Below, one piece after another: positions 57,625 through 64,000 of a stretch of DNA of 64,000 nt. The notes beneath the pieces were generated by a model. That model was given only the letters and a program-made list of their open reading frames with translations. It ran no database searches and had not been told where the DNA came from. The position numbers were made by a program, and so were the translations under genes. How positions within the stretch are numbered: the first letter of the stretch is position 1; every line of letters starts with the position of its first letter. The stretch spans positions 372,001 to 436,000 of the forward strand of contig CDRNVI010000059.1 in the NCBI GenBank assembly GCA_977017575.1, given 5' to 3'. This stretch comes from Paramoeba atlantica. Its lineage: Eukaryota; Protista; Discosea.

Positions 57625-60600
57625 ACAGAATAACAACAAAGACACTGATATTGAAATATCAGTTAACGGATTTGTAGTTCATACTAGTAACGAAGCATAC
57701 AAAAATACAATATCACCTAGAATTTGCGCGGTGAAGCACCTTCCACAGCCCTGTCATCCATGTATCCTAGTTACTTTCTTTGGAAATGCCTCTTTAGGGC
57801 GAATGTGTCTTCCAGCAACTCGCCTTCATATTCATTTGACCTTCTGACCTGTTGGCTCTATAACTCTGTTTTTGCCTAGGGCACAGAGCGAGACGCGTTG
57901 TTAATTCAAAACCTTGTTTACGCAACCAGTGTATATAAAAAGGGTATGTATATTTTGAAAAGAAAGAAAATAATAATGAGCCCATTCAAACACCTCCCTA
58001 TGCATGAAAATTCAGTCCTCATTTGTTTAATCAGAACTCCTCGTAGATTTTTGTGTTGTACATTCCTCCTCACAATGTAATCGTTTAATTTGTGGAGTGC
58101 GCGTCGTAACTGTAGGTACGAAAACCTTGGTTTTACGTTGTACACGTTGTTTTTCATTATTCTGGAGCCTTTTTGGGCAAACTTTCTCATTGGATCTTGT
58201 TTGCTTGGCCTTTGATCGATCACGTTTGTGCGTTTCTGATTTAGAATTTCTACTATTTGATTCCTTCGCGGATCTGTTTATTGGTTGTACGGGGCTGGGG
58301 TTTATGTCTTTGGCCGTAACCTGTGGGAGCGCGAAAGCTGGCAAAGTGCGTTTTTGCAAAGTTTTAATTTTCTTATCAGTACTCAATGGAATAGGGTCTC
58401 TCCTTTTCGTGTGTGATTTATCATCAAAGCCACGGTAACAGAAGGAGCAATTTACTTCAACTTGTTGCGAGGCGCGTTTCGCAAGCCAATCCGATCTGGC
58501 ATTGTGCGGATTACCTTCATGACCCCTGACTTTAATGCAGTAAATGTTATGATTCTCCTCTATCTAAAAGCAAATCCGGGTTATTTTTGATAAAAGCTCC
58601 GAATTTTCGAATGACTGAAATCCGATTAAAGAAAACCTCTTCCGAATTACGTGAAAGAAGTCCCAGACATACGCCGAATCCGTGTGAATAACAGCGTCCT
58701 TGGAATGTGTCCTTGCAAGGCTCAACGCCACATAGACAGCGTATAGTTCTGCGGCTGTTATGGTGAGCGATATGTGTGTCGGTGGTTTCAATCCTATAAG
58801 TGTCTTCCCGACTCGTCCCCCCAACAACACGATACCACACCCTGAAGAAGTTCTCGTTCTCGTCGTTTTTAGTGCTCCATCGGTGTATAGATGCAATGAA
58901 TCTGATAGAAAATGGAAAGGTACTGACCCCTCTTCAACAAATTGTAGCGTTGCATAGTTTTCCTCATCTTGCAAGCTGCGTACATTCTTTCCCCACCCAG
59001 GAGATTCAATAGGCTTATAGGTTGGGCGGGGCTCCAGGCGTGATTTCAAACGATCCACATTCGAACGCCATCGTGACCGATCCTTGGAAATTTGAATTAC
59101 TTCTGATAGGGACAAGCCAAGGCCATCGGAACATGCTTCGGAAAGAGAGGCGTGTGTCGTTTTACCTCGCTCGCGCCAAAGAATAGCAACACTGAATGGA
59201 GAATCGTGCCGAAGAAGGTGACCAATAAGCTGCGCCCGTTGAGTCTTTGCTGTGGTGCTGAGCTTCAAATCATTCTGATATAGAGCTTCTAATCGAATAG
59301 ACCGTTTTCCACCCGGTGCGAGCGTAGTTGGTAGACGGTGGGCCTTACAACCTGCAGGGTGTGGGTTCGATTCCCGCTATCGACAAAACTCGCAACCTGG
59401 CGGCCTCACTTCAAAGGGAAAGCGATCAGGAGTGCCTTCAAGGCCCACACCCAACCCCGCTCCCCTGGAGGACCGACCCGGAACCGCCGAGCTGAACCAG
59501 GTTCCAGCGCAGCCGCTAAATTGCGAGCTGCTTACGCAAAGGAGGCTTGAGACACAGCCTACACGATGCAACGGGGTTGGACGCCAGTCCTGGTATCTAC
59601 GGTTGGGTAGCCGTTCTCGGGCCGCAAGGCGTCGAGTGCCGCCTGGGAAGGGGGTAGCAAGACGATGAAGGTCGGTGACCTGAGGCTCTACCCTAACGGT
59701 TGGCGCTGCAGAGCCCTCCGTGTTCTTCTCTCTCTTCTCTCTCTCTCTCTCTCTTCCACCCCATGTACGCCCAACATTGCATACCATTCTTCGCATCTTA
59801 TTCATCTCAATGTCGAGTTCCCGAAGTTTGGAAGTCGATATATCCCACGCCCCTGCATTGTAGTTCACTACCGGCATGACTAGCGTGCGGAATACTGTCA
59901 TTCGACTAGACATTGGAAGAGGCGATTTCCATATTGACCGGAGTTTGTACATCACCGCCCATCCTAATCTCAAACGTTCGTTGGGTGCAACATTGCGATC
60001 ATCACTCTCCTGTGTGCTGCCCAGGTACCGGTATTTGTAGACTCAAGGAATTTGCCCTACCCATGGTACTCTAAGTTCACCTTCGTGCCAAGGGTCATCC
60101 AGGCAGTTTTATTGTTTCCTAGATTAATGCACAGATTAGATTTCCTAGCGACTTTAAAGAGACTTTCTAACATGTCGGCCAGTTCGACCTTAGTTGGCGC
60201 GAATAGGACTAAATCATCGGCGTAATCAATGTCTGAGATACACAAATGCTTCTCACCCCGGCTCTTCGTTCCCGTGCAATAGGTTATTAGACCGGACTCC
60301 TTTGCGTTAATTGCTTCAGCCATTATCCGATCGAGAACCATGATGAAAAGATAGGGGGCGAGAACATCTCCTTGCAAAGTTCCATTGTTGATTGAAAAGG
60401 GTTCCATATTCCCATGCGGTGTTCTTACGAAAAATTGTACCCCAGCATACATACTCATAATTACTTTGGTGAGGTGTTCGGGTATATGAAAAGCTTTCAA
60501 TGCACTTACATTGGCGGAGAATGATACTGATGGAAAATCCTGCTTGAAATCCACGAATGCCACTGCAACTCCCTGACTTCTCAAAGCCTTGGCGGAGATT

Positions 60601-62820
60601 TCTACGAAAGTAGCTTGTGCACCAGCAGTCGATCGGTGTGGGCGAAAACCGAATTGATTCGGCCGAAGCATGTTTTCTACCGCTGGTTGAATTCGGTCTA
60701 ATACCATCCTGTTCATTATCTTGACCACGTGATTTACTATGCATACCGGCCTCCAGTTGGACAGATTGCCCAGATTTCCCTTTTTTGGAAAAGGCACTTG
60801 CAATATCATTTTCCTTTTGTCTGATGCAATTCCTGTCAAGCAAAGTCCCTATATCCTATATGAAGCAAAGTCCCCATCAATCCCTCATTTGCGCTCAATG
60901 ACCTTAACGCTTCGATTGGAATACCATCGGAACCTGCCGCTTTTACCGACTTCACTTTCAGTAGTGCGGAACACAGCTCTGATATTGTAAACTCTCCATC
61001 TTGTATTCCAAAGAGGCTCTTTGTCGAAAGAGGAAAGTTTACCAGACCACCTGTGTTCATCTCTTGCTGCCCGATCGCCTGAAAGTGATTTTGGACAGTG
61101 CGGAGGCTATCCCGAACAGTATCACCAAACAAAGAAAATTCCTTTCTATTGTCACCTACAATGTTTCGTATGGTGCGGTAAGCGCTCTTCGGACGTTTGT
61201 ATAAATCTTCCGCAAGCACGTTGCATTCTTCTTTTATGCTTTTTCCAATCTTTTCCGCATGTGCCCTGGCAAAAGCATCAAATCTGCGCGGATTTCGAGC
61301 AACTTTCACAGTAGCTTTCATGTCGAGCTACCCGGGACCCGGCGCTTCATCCTTATTTGTATTGTGATTAGAAACTCGGGAAGGAAGCTCTCCGGAAGCA
61401 TTTTTTACGACATTAGCGAATTTGTCCCACAACAAAGGACCGACTGCATCATCTCTTGTTCGTTTGTTGCCACCCTCCATTGCCAATTCTACGTTCTTGA
61501 CAAATTTATCCTTTATTACCTCATTCCGAAGAGATCCCCAAAAAGGCACTTGTTTACCAGCTTTGCTTTGCACCTTCCACCGTATTTTCAACTGTGCTCT
61601 CACCACGCAGTGGCGCGTCGGTAATGGGGCTAGAAGCACCCGCTGAGAGCGAATCGCTGAACTAAAGCGTGTGTTTGTAATGATGTGATCCAGCTGCTTC
61701 GTGAGTCCCAGAGGATGTTTCACATTAGGCGGGAACCGATACGTCCACTTCCTCCCCGCACTACAACATTCGTGCGCGGATTTTGCTCCTATAGATAGCA
61801 GAAACTTCCTAAATTGTTTCGCCCTTTTAGAAAAACACTTCACCCCCTGCGGCGTTTGCAGAGGCGAGTTCATATCTCCACATATAAGCTTCAATGCCGA
61901 CTGTGAGCCATGCCATGCATCAAAGAGCTTCTCATCAAACTCAGACTGTATAGCTTGTTTGGCGCCTGCTGTTGGAGAGTAAACATTGAATACACTCGCT
62001 CTAACATCACCAAGTTCAATAGTTCCCCTCATCATTCTATCACTGATCTTGTCAACATGCATAAGTAATAGATTTATCATTGCCATCCCGTTATACCCAT
62101 TAACGGCACACATAAGATATAGATGAATGCTCATGCCACCCAGGTAGAGCCGACGGTGAATAATTGGCTCCTCACCTTTAAACGACAAACGCGTTTCCTG
62201 CAGAGTCATTAAGGAAACACCGTAACTCCTCATGAATGCCACGACTTGATGTAGTCGATAGCATCCCCGTAGAGCAAACTCGTCCGTGCTTTTGCACTTC
62301 AACGTATCCACGTTAATAGTACTCACCACAAACCCACCTCTCATAGCTTGCATCTTGGGCTGCTCTCGGACTCCACGCCGAAAACAGTTTTTGCGCTTCC
62401 GATCTCGTCTTGACCGGCGCTTTGGAAGAAGACCCACTCTGCCGCCTAGAATAAGGATCCTGTCGTCCCTCGGGGGAAACGGGAGAAGCTGACCATTCAT
62501 CAAGTCATACTTGATAAGCCAGGAAGACTTATCCAGCGATGAATGAACAACTCCTTCCCAGAGAATTGCTCGTGCGTCGTAAGCCTTACTCCAAACGACT
62601 GCTACCCGTTTGCCCACTTTCAAAGCACCTGTCATACGATAAAGTGCACGCGGCCGGAGTTTAGCCACACCCTCTCTCTGCTGTGGGGGGAGAAAAAGGT
62701 TGCCCCGACCACACCTGGCCGACCGTAGCTTTTCACAGACTCTTAACATGCTATCGAACGGTCCGGAGGCCTCCGCCATTTTGTACTAACTTGTTAATAC
62801 AAAAAGTGATTAATACAAAA
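57625..62820 (-). mobile_element. Full-length non-LTR retrotransposon (N-terminal domain + APE + RT + RNase H), now disabled
   Basis: TSD AATCTGCCGC at 57615-57624 and 62821-62830; ATG at 62779. APE motifs STINVDTL, LQETR, NVYSPT, ICGDMNS, QLDHII; RT 60839-60057; RNase H LYTDGA / AELYAV / HTDSAY. In-frame TAG at 61330-61328, several frameshifts and a SINE insertion. Confidence 0.93.
59315..59753 (+). mobile_element. tRNA(Val-TAC)-derived SINE-A copy A1, 8-bp TSD
   Basis: tRNA-like head with CTTACAA loop and GTGGGTTCGATTCCCGC T-arm; (CT)n tail; TSD TTCCACCC at 59307-59314 and 59754-59761; removal restores the LINE frame (CNVGRTWGGKRSIRLEALYQNDLKLSTT). Confidence 0.9.
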
Positions 62821-62880
62821 AATCTGCCGCGCCTGTTGCTTCGTATCTCCCTCGCCCCTTTCAATCTGGGTTATCTCCCA

Positions 62881-63535
62881 GCTGGCCACTGCATCAATAC
62901 AGTCACCGCCTCAAGTAGCAGTACACTTACTCTCGCACGTGCCACTGCAGCTACATTGCATTACTGCAGTCACTTCCTCACGTGGCAGTACACTTACTCT
63001 TTCACGTACCACTGTACTTACAGTGGTAGTGCACTTACTCTGGCACGTGCCACTGCAGCTGCACTGCATCAGTGTGCAACCACTCCGTCACGTGGCACTG
63101 CTCTTACTCTTTCACGCGACAGTGCATCTACACTGCGTTCACTGCCTCACGTGGCAGTACAACACTGCCACGAAAGAGTAAGTGCCACGTGTACAAGTAT
63201 CCACGTGGCACTTACTCTTTCACGTACCACTGTACTTACAGTGGCAGTGCACTTACTTTCGCACGTGCCACTGTACTTGCACTGCATCACTGTACAACCC
63301 CTGCCTCACGTGGCAGTGCATTTACTATCGCACGTGCCACTGTACGTGCACTGCGTCACTATGCAACCACTGCTTCACGTGGCTGTGCACTTACTCTCTC
63401 ACGTGCCACTGCAGCTGCGCTGCATCACTGCGTTCACTGCCTCACGTGGCAGTGTACTTACTCTCTCACGCGCCACTGCTTCTATACGGCGTTCACTGCC
63501 GCACGTGGCAGTACACTTAATCTTTCACGTACGTG
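62881..63535. repeat. CACGTG-rich degenerate minisatellite (~67-bp and ~41-bp units)
   Basis: CACTTACTCT..CACGTGCCACTG recurs, e.g. at 62924, 62991, 63032. Confidence 0.85.
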
Positions 63536-63545
63536 ATCCTGCAAA

Positions 63546-63617
63546 AAAAAATTCAAATCATTCCGGATCGCTCCGGACGGTCACTGGCAAGCCATACCCT
63601 TCACAGACAGATTTGGG
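63546..63617 (-). mobile_element. SINE-B 3' fragment
   Basis: Reverse complement of CCAAATCTGTCTGTGAAGGG...CCGGAGCGATCCGGAATGAT. Confidence 0.75.
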
Positions 63618-63618
63618 C

Positions 63619-64000
63619 GGTGCGAGCGTACTTGGTAGACGGTGGGCCTTACAACCTGCAGGTTGTGGGTTCGATTCCCGCTATTGACAAAACTCGCAAC
63701 CTGGCGGCCTCACTTCAAAGGGAAAGCGATCAGGAGTGCCTTCAAGGCCCACACCCAACCCCGCTCCCCTGGAGGACTGACCCGGAACCGCCGAGCTGAA
63801 CCAGGCTCCAGCGCAGCCGCTAAATTGCGAGCTGCTTACGCAAAGGAGGCTTGAGACACAGCCTACACGATGCAACGGGGTGGACGCCCGTCCTGGTAGC
63901 TACGGTTGGGTAGCCGTGCTCGGGCCGCAAGGCGTCGAGTGCCGTCTGGGAAGGGGGTAGCAAGACGATGAAGGTCGGTGACCTGAGACTCTATCCTAAC
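63619..64000 (+). mobile_element. SINE-A second copy, runs off the window
   Basis: Near-identical to 59315 onward. Confidence 0.9.

Noticed and set aside
59315-59385. Functional tRNA-Val(TAC) gene (also at 63619)
   Set aside because: Anticodon and acceptor stems are broken, and the head is fused to a ~370-nt body inside a TSD-flanked insertion.
59396-59710. Canonical HDV-like or hammerhead ribozyme in the SINE core
   Set aside because: Partial fit only (GGCGGC/GCCGCC-U-GG, a P4-like stem, CUAA). The P3/L3 element is replaced by a GCAA hairpin, and the hammerhead CUGANGA...GAAA core is not met. Left as an open test.
62683-63687. 334-aa ORF
   Set aside because: Spans the antisense LINE start, a minisatellite and SINE heads; not a coherent gene.

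Overview
Eukaryotic nuclear DNA from a kinetoplastid. Evidence: the kinetoplastid-type 18S end GTAGGTGAACCTGCAGCTGGATCATTT, a fused cap guanylyltransferase-methyltransferase, and intronless co-oriented genes. An early-branching Perkinsela-like lineage is inferred, not confirmed by search. 1-40 kb is a + strand gene cluster (AIR9-like, YKT6, NOP53-like, CGM1-like, bL28m-like, two LRR genes, TTI1-like, cyclin L-like). It contains one complete rDNA unit (18S-5.8S-compact LSU) bracketed by ~1 kb direct repeats and palindromic minisatellites. 40-64 kb has no host genes and is a nest of mobile DNA. It holds an intact bacterial-type IS30 DDE transposase lying between inverted minisatellite arrays, APE-RT-RNase H LINEs (one full length with a 10-bp TSD), and two SINE families (one clearly tRNA-derived, both with TSD-flanked copies) sharing a structured core. 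It also holds two families of asymmetric hairpin-ended elements that sit 3' of ATT without a TSD. The best leads are the eukaryote-embedded IS30 element and the tRNA-SINE/LINE system. Coordinates of repeats were read by eye and are approximate to a few bases.
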